A stretch of 51,681 nt of DNA, from positions 1 to 51,681 of the IMG/VR virus record IMGVR_UViG_3300013767_000215. One strand, 5' to 3'. The notes beneath the pieces were generated by a model, which was not told the DNA's origin, searched no databases, and saw nothing but the letters and a program-made list of their open reading frames with translations. This DNA is from a virus. Its lineage: Duplodnaviria; Caudoviricetes. How positions within the stretch are numbered: position 1 is the first letter of the stretch; every line of letters begins with the position of its first letter. Position numbers and translations under genes: made by a program. Positions 18,825 to 26,641 of the stretch are shown in pieces.

Positions 18825-19600
18825 TCCAGTTCAGAAACGTCGAGCATGAAGCCCGTGTAGTCGCCCTGGTCGTCGAGCGCGCCGGGGCCGAAGTAGTTGA
18901 TGCTGTCGAAGTACAGCGCACCCTCGATGCGGCCGTCCGGGCCCGACTCGCGCGGCGCCGGCGTGGCCCAGGGCTGGAACGGCACACTGCCGGGGGCGTA
19001 GGTGCCGAGCGAATCGAAGACGTTGGCCAGATCCAGGTAGAGGCCCAGGCGCTTGAGCGGCACGATCGGGTTCGGCGTCGGCGGCCAGCTCGTCGCCGGC
19101 GGCGGCAGCACCGAGGCGTCGAACTCCTCGTAGACCTCGAGCGTGAGCATCATGACGAAGCCGGCCAGGTGCTGGCGCCCCTCCGCCGTGATCTCGCTGC
19201 GCGTGCGCACCGAACGATAGGCCTGCACCACATCGCCGAGCGGCTTGTCGGTCAGCAGCAGGTTCTCGACCGTGTAGGCCAGGGCCTCGATGTTGTCCTG
19301 GGCGGTGGCCTCGTCCTGCTCCTGGATCCGTCCATGGATCTCGATGTCGATCGAGGTGTCGAACTTCGGGATGCCCATGGTGGCGCCGCGGTCGATCGAC
19401 GATTTGCTGTCGTCGCCGCAGCGCACCTTGAACTCGGCATGCCCCTCGACCAGGTCAGCCGCGGCGGTGTCCCAGTCACCCGGGGTATCGATCAGCCAGT
19501 CGTAGCTGTTCGCCGTCTTGGCGCGGGTGAGTGCGCCGATCACCGCCAGGCGCAGCAGCCGGCGCGCCAGCATCGGCTGGCTCTGGACCACCATCGCCAT
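18821..19600 (-). CDS. Putative tail terminator / neck protein
   Basis: Position between head-tail joining gene and sheath; coupled overlap. Confidence 0.55.
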   Translation of the reverse strand: MAMVVQSQPMLARRLLRLAVIGALTRAKTANSYDWLIDTPGDWDTAAADLVEGHAEFKVRCGDDSKSSIDRGATMGIPKFDTSIDIEIHGRIQEQDEATAQDNIEALAYTVENLLLTDKPLGDVVQAYRSVRTRSEITAEGRQHLAGFVMMLTLEVYEEFDASVLPPPATSWPPTPNPIVPLKRLGLYLDLANVFDSLGTYAPGSVPFQPWATPAPRESGPDGRIEGALYFDSINYFGPGALDDQGDYTGFMLDVSELE

Positions 19601-19612
19601 CGGCGTTCTCCG

Positions 19613-19939
19613 TCAGGGCGCGCCGAGGGCGTTGAGCAGCAGCGTGGCGTGGCCGTGGCTATCCGGCTTGGGCTTGCGCACCTGGAAGGTGACGCCGGTG
19701 CGGATGCAGGTGCACTGGTCGCCCTTCTTCGGCACGCGCGGGAAGTCGGCGGTGCGGATCCCCACCGCTGGGCCGGTGGTCATCACCGGCACGCCGCCGG
19801 CGAGCTCCTGGTCGGCGTAGCCTTCGTCGTAGACGCCGTTGGCCTGGAAGGGCTGCAGGCCGGCCAGCGACCAGGTGAATGGTTCCCCGAACACCTGGTC
19901 GACCAGCGGGCCGATGACGAGCTGGTCCCAGTTGATCAT
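19613..19939 (-). CDS. Head-tail joining protein (gpFII-like)
   Basis: INWD..V.GP....FGE, P.KGD, PDSHG...L.LN motifs. Confidence 0.7.
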   Translation of the reverse strand: MINWDQLVIGPLVDQVFGEPFTWSLAGLQPFQANGVYDEGYADQELAGGVPVMTTGPAVGIRTADFPRVPKKGDQCTCIRTGVTFQVRKPKPDSHGHATLLLNALGAP

Positions 19940-19954
19940 GCGTGGTCAGCCTTG

Positions 19955-19976
19955 GCCGTTTCCCATGGGAAACGGC
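19955..19976. repeat. Palindrome GCCGTTTCCCATGGGAAACGGC, copy 3
   Basis: 22-bp perfect palindrome; intergenic. Confidence 0.9.
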
Positions 19977-19981
19977 TGGTT

Positions 19982-20266
19982 TCAGGCCTTCGTGATGAGG
20001 CTTGCGCTCACGTTGAAGTTGGCCGAGGTAATCTGCTGCTCGTCGCCAGAGCCCTGCCAGCCCAGGGAGCCGTAGCAGGAGATGGAGATCATCTGCTCGG
20101 GCGTCGGGTCTTGAAGGACCTGCACGAAGGCCGCCACGCCGGCGAGCGCCTGCTCGGCGTCCTTGGCATGGATCGGCTGGCCGTTCACGACTTCCTTGAG
20201 CCGGGCCTCGGCCGCAGCGATGGCATCGGCTTTGGTGGCGCCCTGGGCGCTGAAGCTGTACGACAT
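19982..20266 (-). CDS. Hypothetical protein (MSYSFSAQGATK..., 94 aa)
   Basis: AGGAG RBS upstream of ATG 20266. Confidence 0.7.
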   Translation of the reverse strand: MSYSFSAQGATKADAIAAAEARLKEVVNGQPIHAKDAEQALAGVAAFVQVLQDPTPEQMISISCYGSLGWQGSGDEQQITSANFNVSASLITKA

Positions 20267-20317
20267 GGTGATGCTCCTAATGAATTTAGGGTGGCCCGGC
20301 ATCCGCCGGGCCAGGGA

Positions 20318-21508
20318 TCAGGCGGTGCCGCGCTGCAGGACCTCGGGACGGGTGCAGATGTGCAGCGGGTAGCTGTAGGCCTCCATCTTCCACCAGGCGT
20401 TGCGGTCGCGGTCCGGAATGGGCAGCACGTAGACCGGCTTGCCGGGGGTGTTGACCCACTCGAAGGTCTCCGCCGGCGCCAGGGCGCGCTTGAAGATGCC
20501 CGGTGCGCCCAGAGGGAAGAACTTCACCTTGGTGTCCGGGATCTTGATGGTGGAGTTGTCGTCCGAGCCGCGGTAGTTGATCCAGGTGATGCCACCGAAT
20601 TCGAAGGCGGTGAATGCGCCGCCGGTGTTGCCGCCGCGAACGTCACGCGCATCGCTCCAGTTGAGGAAGGTACGGATCACGTCCGGGTGATTGACGAATT
20701 CGTCGTAGAAGACGTCGCCGGCCAGCGCCACCACGCGGGTGGTCGGCACGAAGGCGCCCTGGGCGGCGCGTGCCATGCTGCGGACGATCTCATTGCAGAG
20801 CGGCCGCAGGGAATTCGGCGTGCCGGCAGCCAGATTGAAGGCAACCTCGGCCGGCTGGTTGATGCCGAACTGCGCATACCAGTCGTAAAAGACCGAGCCG
20901 TCCGTGTTGAGGAGCTTGCCCTGGACCGCGGCGAGGCGGTGGTATTCCCAGGTGTACTCGATGTTGGCCAGCAGACCGGTGGGGCCGGTGAGGCGGCGCG
21001 CCACTTCGGTCTCGAGTTGCATCAGCTCGGTTTCGCTGCCGAAGGCACGGATGCTCTGCAGCTCGTCTGCCGTGATGGTGTCCGAGTGCATGACCCGCGG
21101 TACGTCAAAGTAGCGCGCCTGGCGCTGCTCGGTCGTACGCTGGGTACCTTCGGTGCCGCGCTTGCTGAACGGGATCAGCACCAGCTTGCCCTGGCGCTGC
21201 TCGACGGCGAGCGCCTTGGTGCGGATCGGCTCGTCCTCGAAGATCTTCAGGTCACCCAGGCCGACAGGCTGATAGGGGTACTTGTCGACGGCCGCGGTCA
21301 GCTGGATCGTGGTGAACGGGTCCTGGTTGAACACGTCCATGCTGATGCCGGCGAAGGCGACCAGCATCAGGCCGGTGTCGCTGAAGTGCGGGATGGGGAG
21401 GGCCGCCGCCTCGGCCGGCGTGATGCCGGCGACGGCGAGCACGCTGGCGACCAGCAGGGCGACAAGCGCCATGGTGGCGCCACTGGAGGGGAACAGCTTG
21501 CGGATCAT
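20318..21508 (-). CDS. Major capsid protein (lambda gpE-like family) with hydrophobic N-terminal extension
   Basis: MDVFNQDPF...LTAAV, IRAFGSETEL, EY.RL.A.QG, SYPLHICTRPEVL motifs; GAGGA RBS before ATG 21508. Confidence 0.88.
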   Translation of the reverse strand: MIRKLFPSSGATMALVALLVASVLAVAGITPAEAAALPIPHFSDTGLMLVAFAGISMDVFNQDPFTTIQLTAAVDKYPYQPVGLGDLKIFEDEPIRTKALAVEQRQGKLVLIPFSKRGTEGTQRTTEQRQARYFDVPRVMHSDTITADELQSIRAFGSETELMQLETEVARRLTGPTGLLANIEYTWEYHRLAAVQGKLLNTDGSVFYDWYAQFGINQPAEVAFNLAAGTPNSLRPLCNEIVRSMARAAQGAFVPTTRVVALAGDVFYDEFVNHPDVIRTFLNWSDARDVRGGNTGGAFTAFEFGGITWINYRGSDDNSTIKIPDTKVKFFPLGAPGIFKRALAPAETFEWVNTPGKPVYVLPIPDRDRNAWWKMEAYSYPLHICTRPEVLQRGTA

Positions 21509-21524
21509 GGTTGCGTCCTCGTTC

Positions 21525-21549
21525 AAGAAAAACCCCGCTCGAGGCGGGG
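21525..21549 (-). terminator. Intrinsic terminator between decoration and capsid genes
   Basis: CCCCGC-CTCGA-GCGGGG stem followed by TTTTTCTT on the minus strand. Confidence 0.65.
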
Positions 21550-21617
21550 CGGGGTTCGATGTGCGGAGGTGAAGCTTCGGCGCCGCACCCTGCACGCAGG
21601 CGCGGCGCCGGAATGGT

Positions 21618-22550
21618 TCAGCGGGGGATGATGCCGAGCTTGATCAGGCCGGGCAGGCCGCTGGCGGCGATGGCGGCGGCGCTCCAGGACGGATCCCAGA
21701 TCAGCTCGGAGGCGTTGACCTCCGCCGCGCGGGTCACGCCCGCGGCCGGCTGATCGGCCAGCGTGGCATCGACGGTGCCGTACAGGATCGCCGCCGGCAC
21801 CTGGCTGCCGTCCACCGCGGTGGCGACACTGGTGATGTACTTGTTGGCGTTGGCGTTCGCCGCCACGGTGACGGAGAAGCTGTCGCCCGGCACGAAGGCG
21901 GAGCCGCCGGCGGTGATGGTGAAGCTCAGGCCGCCGCCATTGAAGGCGGTGCCGGTCACACCGTGGCCGATCTCGGCGCCAGTGGGATCGGATACCACGA
22001 AGTGGGTGGCGTCATCGAACTCGACGATGTAGATACCCACCTTGGGCGCGTGGCCGGTGGTGGTGACGGCGCTGCTGGTGCCGTTGCCGGTGTTGCCGGC
22101 GTTGGCTGCGGCCACGGCCGTGGGCTTGTCCGGCGCGTCGGTGGTGGTGATGGTGAAGCCGTCACCCGCGACGAACGCGGTCCCGCCGGCAGTGATGGTG
22201 AAGCCGATGCCCAGCGCGCTGAAGGCCGAGCCAGTGGTGCCGGTCGCGGTCTGGCCATTGGGCGCAGTCACGGTGAAGTGGGTCGCGTCGGTGAAGGCGA
22301 GGGCATAGGCGCCGATCTGCGTCGGAGTCGACACCGTGGTGATGGCGCCGAAGGTGCCGTTGCCGGTGTTGCTGCCCAGGGCGGCGGCGGTGGCGCTGTT
22401 ACCGGTGGTGATCAGGCCGAGGATGGTGCCGGCCAGCACGCGTGCCGCGCCGGTCAGCGTGAACTGGTCGAGGGAACGGTGACCGTTGGCCTTGCTGACG
22501 AGGAAGCCGCCGTCGTGCCGGATCTCCGTGATGGGACTGGTGAAGGTCAT
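21618..22550 (-). CDS. Head decoration protein (gpD-like) with duplicated internal module
   Basis: FLVS.ANGH.S N-terminus and DGSQ..AAILY..VDAT...R.AEVN.SEL.W C-terminus; two NTGNGT...FTITAGG.AFV.GD.F repeats. Confidence 0.8.
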   Translation of the reverse strand: MTFTSPITEIRHDGGFLVSKANGHRSLDQFTLTGAARVLAGTILGLITTGNSATAAALGSNTGNGTFGAITTVSTPTQIGAYALAFTDATHFTVTAPNGQTATGTTGSAFSALGIGFTITAGGTAFVAGDGFTITTTDAPDKPTAVAAANAGNTGNGTSSAVTTTGHAPKVGIYIVEFDDATHFVVSDPTGAEIGHGVTGTAFNGGGLSFTITAGGSAFVPGDSFSVTVAANANANKYITSVATAVDGSQVPAAILYGTVDATLADQPAAGVTRAAEVNASELIWDPSWSAAAIAASGLPGLIKLGIIPR

Positions 22551-22617
22551 GGAAGGAATCCTCTACTGCGTTGGTGGAGTGCCGGCTTGCGGCCGGCGGC
22601 GGTGTCGTGGAGTGGAA

Positions 22618-23373
22618 TCAGGCCTTGCGCTTGGCGCCGGCCTTTTCGAAGGCGCGGTCCCAGCCCTGCGCCGCGGCCTGGGACGAGCTCTGATCGAGGC
22701 CGCCGCCGGAAGCCAGGCCGCGCGGATTGCGGTCCTGCCGGCCGGAGCTGACTGTGGCGCCGGCGGGCGAACCGCGCAGCACGGCCAGCGCTTCGCTGCG
22801 CGGCATCGAGGTGTTGAAGGCGAGCTGGGCGGCGAGCTGCGGGTTCCGCGCCGCGGCTCGGTCGTTGAAGATGGCGGCGCAGCGGGCGCGCTCACGGCGA
22901 CGGGCCTTGGCGGCCGAGGAGTTGCCGCGCATTTCCTCGTCGCTGTCGTCCTCGTCCTCCATCTCCTCGTCCTCGGACTCGCCGGAATCGTCGGCCTTCT
23001 TGCTCTTCTTGGACTTCTTGCCCTTTTTGTCCTGGCCGTCTTCCTCGTCGCCGGGCTCGTCGTCTTCGCCCTCGGCGCTGGCGTCGCCGTCTTCGCGATC
23101 CTTGTCCTTGGGCTCGTCGTCTTCGTCCTCGGCCTTGCTGCCCTTCTTGCCGTAGTCCTTGTCGTCGTCGCCCTTCTCGGACTTCTTGCCCTTCTTGGGC
23201 TCTTCCTCGCCTTCATCCTCGTCGCCGGCGCTGGCCTTGGACTTCTTGGCGCCACGGCCGAGGCTGGCCAGGTGGGAGAAGGTGAGCGCGCCGCCGAGCC
23301 GGGCCATCAGGGTGCCGGGGGCGGAAGCGGGAGCAGCGCCCGCGGCGAGGCGGGACTTGAGCAGTGCCGACAT
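22618..23373 (-). CDS. Capsid scaffolding-like protein with acidic low-complexity region
   Basis: D/E/K-rich tract then RRRERARCAAIF...A.LAF.T.M motif; AGGAG RBS. Confidence 0.7.
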   Translation of the reverse strand: MSALLKSRLAAGAAPASAPGTLMARLGGALTFSHLASLGRGAKKSKASAGDEDEGEEEPKKGKKSEKGDDDKDYGKKGSKAEDEDDEPKDKDREDGDASAEGEDDEPGDEEDGQDKKGKKSKKSKKADDSGESEDEEMEDEDDSDEEMRGNSSAAKARRRERARCAAIFNDRAAARNPQLAAQLAFNTSMPRSEALAVLRGSPAGATVSSGRQDRNPRGLASGGGLDQSSSQAAAQGWDRAFEKAGAKRKA

Positions 23374-23392
23374 GGAAAACTCCTTGCGAGGT

Positions 23393-24199
23393 TTACGCCA
23401 GCTGCTCGAGCAGGGCGTAGAAGGCGGCGTCCGGCGCCATGACGGCGTCGGCAAAGCCGATTTCGACGCCGTCGGCGCCGAGGAAAGAAGCGGCTTCCGT
23501 ACCGCGGACCCTGGAAGCCTTGATGCCGCGGTTGCGGGCGACGGTGTCGACGAACAGTTCGCCCATCTCGTCGATCTCCGCCTGGAAGCGGGTGCGGGCA
23601 TCCTTGGAAAGCGGGATGCACTCGTTGCCGTCGGCCTTGCGTGCGCCGTACTGGATCAGCGTCACGTCGATGCCCATGTTCTCCAACATCTTGCTGAAGT
23701 CGGCGTGCATGGCGATTACGCCGACGCTGCCGGTACCGCCGGTGCGCGGCACGATGATGCGGTCGGTGGCCGAGGCGATGGCGTAGGCGGCCGAGTAGGC
23801 GACCTCGGTCAGGATCGACCAGATCGGCTTCCGGCCGCGTGCCGCGTAGATGGCGTCGACCAGGTCGAAGCAGCCGGCCACCTCGCCGCCGCGGGAATCG
23901 ATGTCCAGCACGATGGCCTGGACCGATTCATCCTCGAGCGCCATCGACAGGTTGCCGCGCAGGCCGTCGTAGCCGGTGAGGAACGAAAAACCGCGCAGAT
24001 AGCCCAGCTTCTGCACCAGGCAGCCGGAGACGCGGATCACGGCGACGCCCTGGTAGACGTCGTAGGGCCGCATCGCTTCTTCGCGGTCGACGCCTTCGCC
24101 CCAGCCTTCGAGCATCATGAGCGGCTCGATCGAGCCGGGCTCCAGCATCAGCGGCTGGTTGAGGAAGCGGCGCGCGAACGCCGTCGGCTTAACGAGCAT
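23393..24199 (-). CDS. Head maturation protease, S49 family
   Basis: LDIDSRGGEV.G, AYSAAYAIASA, TG.VGSVGV motifs. Confidence 0.9.
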   Translation of the reverse strand: MLVKPTAFARRFLNQPLMLEPGSIEPLMMLEGWGEGVDREEAMRPYDVYQGVAVIRVSGCLVQKLGYLRGFSFLTGYDGLRGNLSMALEDESVQAIVLDIDSRGGEVAGCFDLVDAIYAARGRKPIWSILTEVAYSAAYAIASATDRIIVPRTGGTGSVGVIAMHADFSKMLENMGIDVTLIQYGARKADGNECIPLSKDARTRFQAEIDEMGELFVDTVARNRGIKASRVRGTEAASFLGADGVEIGFADAVMAPDAAFYALLEQLA

Positions 24200-24692
24200 G
24201 CGCGATCACCGGGCGGCGCAGCAGCCAGCGCGCAATATGCGCACCATCGAAGGGGCGGAACGGCAGTAGGTTCATCACCGCCATCGAGGCGTTCACGATC
24301 ACGCCGGCCTGGCCCATCATCTGCAGGCCGGGCGCTACTGGTGCGACGCTCAGCGCGTACCAGCCCAGGCTCATCACCAGGTTGGCGACCGGGCCGGCCA
24401 GATGCACCAGCGCCAGGTCGCGCAGCGGATGGCGCAGGCAGGCGCTGTTGAGCGGCAGCGGCCGGGCCCAGCCGACCACGATGCCCAGGCCGGTGGCCAA
24501 CAGGGCCAGTGGCAGCAGCACCGTGCCGGTCCAGCTGACGTGACGCAGCGGGTTCAGGCTGAGGCGGCCGAGCGCACGGGCGGTGCCGTCGCCGAGGGCG
24601 AGGGCGGCGTAGCCGTGCGCGACTTCGTGCAGAGTAACAGCGAGCAGGACCGGCAGGATCCATACCGCCAGGGCGAGCAGGTGAGCGTTCAC
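24189..24692 (-). CDS. Site-2 protease (M50 intramembrane zinc metalloprotease)
   Basis: LHEVAHG, GRLSLNPL.H, AGPVANL and NLLPFRPFDG motifs; GTG start overlaps portal stop (GTGA). Confidence 0.85.
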   Translation of the reverse strand: MNAHLLALAVWILPVLLAVTLHEVAHGYAALALGDGTARALGRLSLNPLRHVSWTGTVLLPLALLATGLGIVVGWARPLPLNSACLRHPLRDLALVHLAGPVANLVMSLGWYALSVAPVAPGLQMMGQAGVIVNASMAVMNLLPFRPFDGAHIARWLLRRPVIAHAR

Positions 24693-26356
24693 CGGGCCTC
24701 CGTTGTTCGTTCCAGGGACTCGCCGTCCCCATTGCCGGCCGGCCCGCCGATCCATTCCGGATAGGGCAGGCCGCGCTGGGCATAGGCCCGGCGCTCGAGC
24801 TGGCGCTGGTCGAGATCCTCTTCCCAGTCGCCGCCATACAGCTCGGCGGTCTCGCGCTTGAGCGTGCTCATGCCGATGTCCATTGCCATCGCCGAGCCCT
24901 GGATCTCCTTGGGCTTGTCGATGAAGCCGCGGCCCGGCGCGAGCCAGCCGCAGCGGGAGTATTCGGTCATGGCCTCCCGGTAGCGTGGCGCGCGGCGCGG
25001 CAGCGGTGCCTCGCCACGGTCCATTTCCTCGTCCAGCCAGGCGGCATACATCGGCGTCGACGATTCGGTGCAGAACTCGCTGCGCCGGCGTACCACCGTC
25101 TTCCAGGCGTCGGCCAGGGCGCCGCGCAGGTTGGAGTAGTTGCTCTTGCTCCAGTCCATTGATACCTGCTCGCGAGTCTGGCCGGTGCAGGCGGCGAAGA
25201 CGCCCTGCATCTCCTGGGCGAAGGGCGCGAACTCGGCGTGCGGATGCGCGCTGACGACCTGTTTGATGTCCTCGCCCGGTGCAAGCGTGGGCACTCGCAC
25301 GCCGCCCATCAGTGCCGGACGGTCGCGGTGCCATTCCTGGCGCAGTGACTGGTAGCGCGACAGCTCAGCCTCGCTACCTCCGTCGTCCAGGGCGTTCTGC
25401 ACCTGGACCGGGTCGTAGGGACTGGTGACGTAAGTGCCGAGCACGCTGGCCAGGGTCGCGGCCTGCAGCTCGACACCGTAGTAGCGCGCCAGCATGCGCA
25501 TGTGCGCCAGCACCGGCGTGAAAATGCCGATGCCGCGGTTCTGACCTGCGCGCTTCTTCTCGAAGCCGTGGAACACGCGCCGCCACCCGTCCGGATCGCG
25601 CTTTTCGACGCGGTCCCACTCCATGCTCTCGACGGCGTTGTACCAGTCGTTCTGGTGCGCGCGGCGGATGTGGTAGGCCACCGCCGCGCCGTTGTCGTTG
25701 AGCTCGACGCCGCCACGCAGGTAGCGCGTGTCCACCCGCTGGTAGGGATTGGACAGGCGGTCCGGATCCACGATCAGGAAGCTGGTGGCGTATTGAGCGC
25801 CGCCGACGCCGACGAAGTCGGGATTCCAGAATGCAACCGCCAGCGAATCGCCGTCGATCAGCTTGTGCGCCAGCATCAGATACCACTGCTGGCCCAGCGT
25901 CTGATGCTCCTCGATATCGTTGAAGCGGTTGACGTCGTAGGCGAAGTTGCGCCAGCGCGATTCGATGTACTGACGGAATTCGTCCGCCCACACCGCATCG
26001 AAGGCCTTGTCGAAGCGCCGCAGTGCGCGATAGTCCGGCGACGCATGCAGGCGCAGGTCGCATCCCAGGGTGTTGTCCAGGATGCGCATGATGCCGCCGA
26101 CGATCCAGCCGTCATTGCGGTACAGATCCCGGCTGCGCGCGACCATGCGGTCGCGGAACTGGTTGATCTCGGCGTCCGGGCTGCGGATCCACGGCAGCCA
26201 GTTGCCCATCTCCTGGGTCTGCCAGTTCGCCGCATCGTAGGGGAACACCCCGCCGATGTAGCTGCCCGGGTACTGCGGCCCGGTGTCGGCGCGCGCGCGC
26301 AGCGGCTGGCCATGCCGGTCGATCAGCACCGGCAGGTTGGAGCTCGGGGCGGCCAT
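24689..26356 (-). CDS. Portal protein, lambda family
   Basis: ARSRDL.RND, DPDRLSNP, GVE....G...AYHI, GQ.RG, DWSK.NYS..R, IDKPKE motifs. Confidence 0.93.
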   Translation of the reverse strand: MAAPSSNLPVLIDRHGQPLRARADTGPQYPGSYIGGVFPYDAANWQTQEMGNWLPWIRSPDAEINQFRDRMVARSRDLYRNDGWIVGGIMRILDNTLGCDLRLHASPDYRALRRFDKAFDAVWADEFRQYIESRWRNFAYDVNRFNDIEEHQTLGQQWYLMLAHKLIDGDSLAVAFWNPDFVGVGGAQYATSFLIVDPDRLSNPYQRVDTRYLRGGVELNDNGAAVAYHIRRAHQNDWYNAVESMEWDRVEKRDPDGWRRVFHGFEKKRAGQNRGIGIFTPVLAHMRMLARYYGVELQAATLASVLGTYVTSPYDPVQVQNALDDGGSEAELSRYQSLRQEWHRDRPALMGGVRVPTLAPGEDIKQVVSAHPHAEFAPFAQEMQGVFAACTGQTREQVSMDWSKSNYSNLRGALADAWKTVVRRRSEFCTESSTPMYAAWLDEEMDRGEAPLPRRAPRYREAMTEYSRCGWLAPGRGFIDKPKEIQGSAMAMDIGMSTLKRETAELYGGDWEEDLDQRQLERRAYAQRGLPYPEWIGGPAGNGDGESLERTTEAR

Positions 26357-26631
26357 CAGAAGAACGGCGCGAGCGCGGCGCGGCGGTTGACGCGCTGGCC
26401 GGTGAGCGTGTCGATCTGCGACTGCAGGCCGATGATCGCCTGCACCATGGCGCCGATGTTGGCCTTGGTGAAGGTCACCGACTTGGTGCCATCGCCCTGG
26501 GCGTAGCCGGCCACCTCGACTTTGCGGCCGCTCATCAGGTCCAGGTAGTCGGTCTGCATCTGCGTCAGGCGTGCCTGCAGCGTGGCGACGTCGATGCCGT
26601 CGAGGATACTGGTGCGGCGGCTGCAGGACAC
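26356..26631 (-). CDS. Head completion protein gpW-like
   Basis: Y.DLMSG.K......GDG.KSVTFT.AN motif between terL and portal. Confidence 0.75.
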   Translation of the reverse strand: MSCSRRTSILDGIDVATLQARLTQMQTDYLDLMSGRKVEVAGYAQGDGTKSVTFTKANIGAMVQAIIGLQSQIDTLTGQRVNRRAALAPFF

Positions 26632-26641
26632 GGCGGATCCT

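Noticed and set aside
22920-23250. Low-complexity TCG/TCT-rich tract as a repeat element
   Set aside because: Explained by the D/E/K-rich scaffold coding sequence
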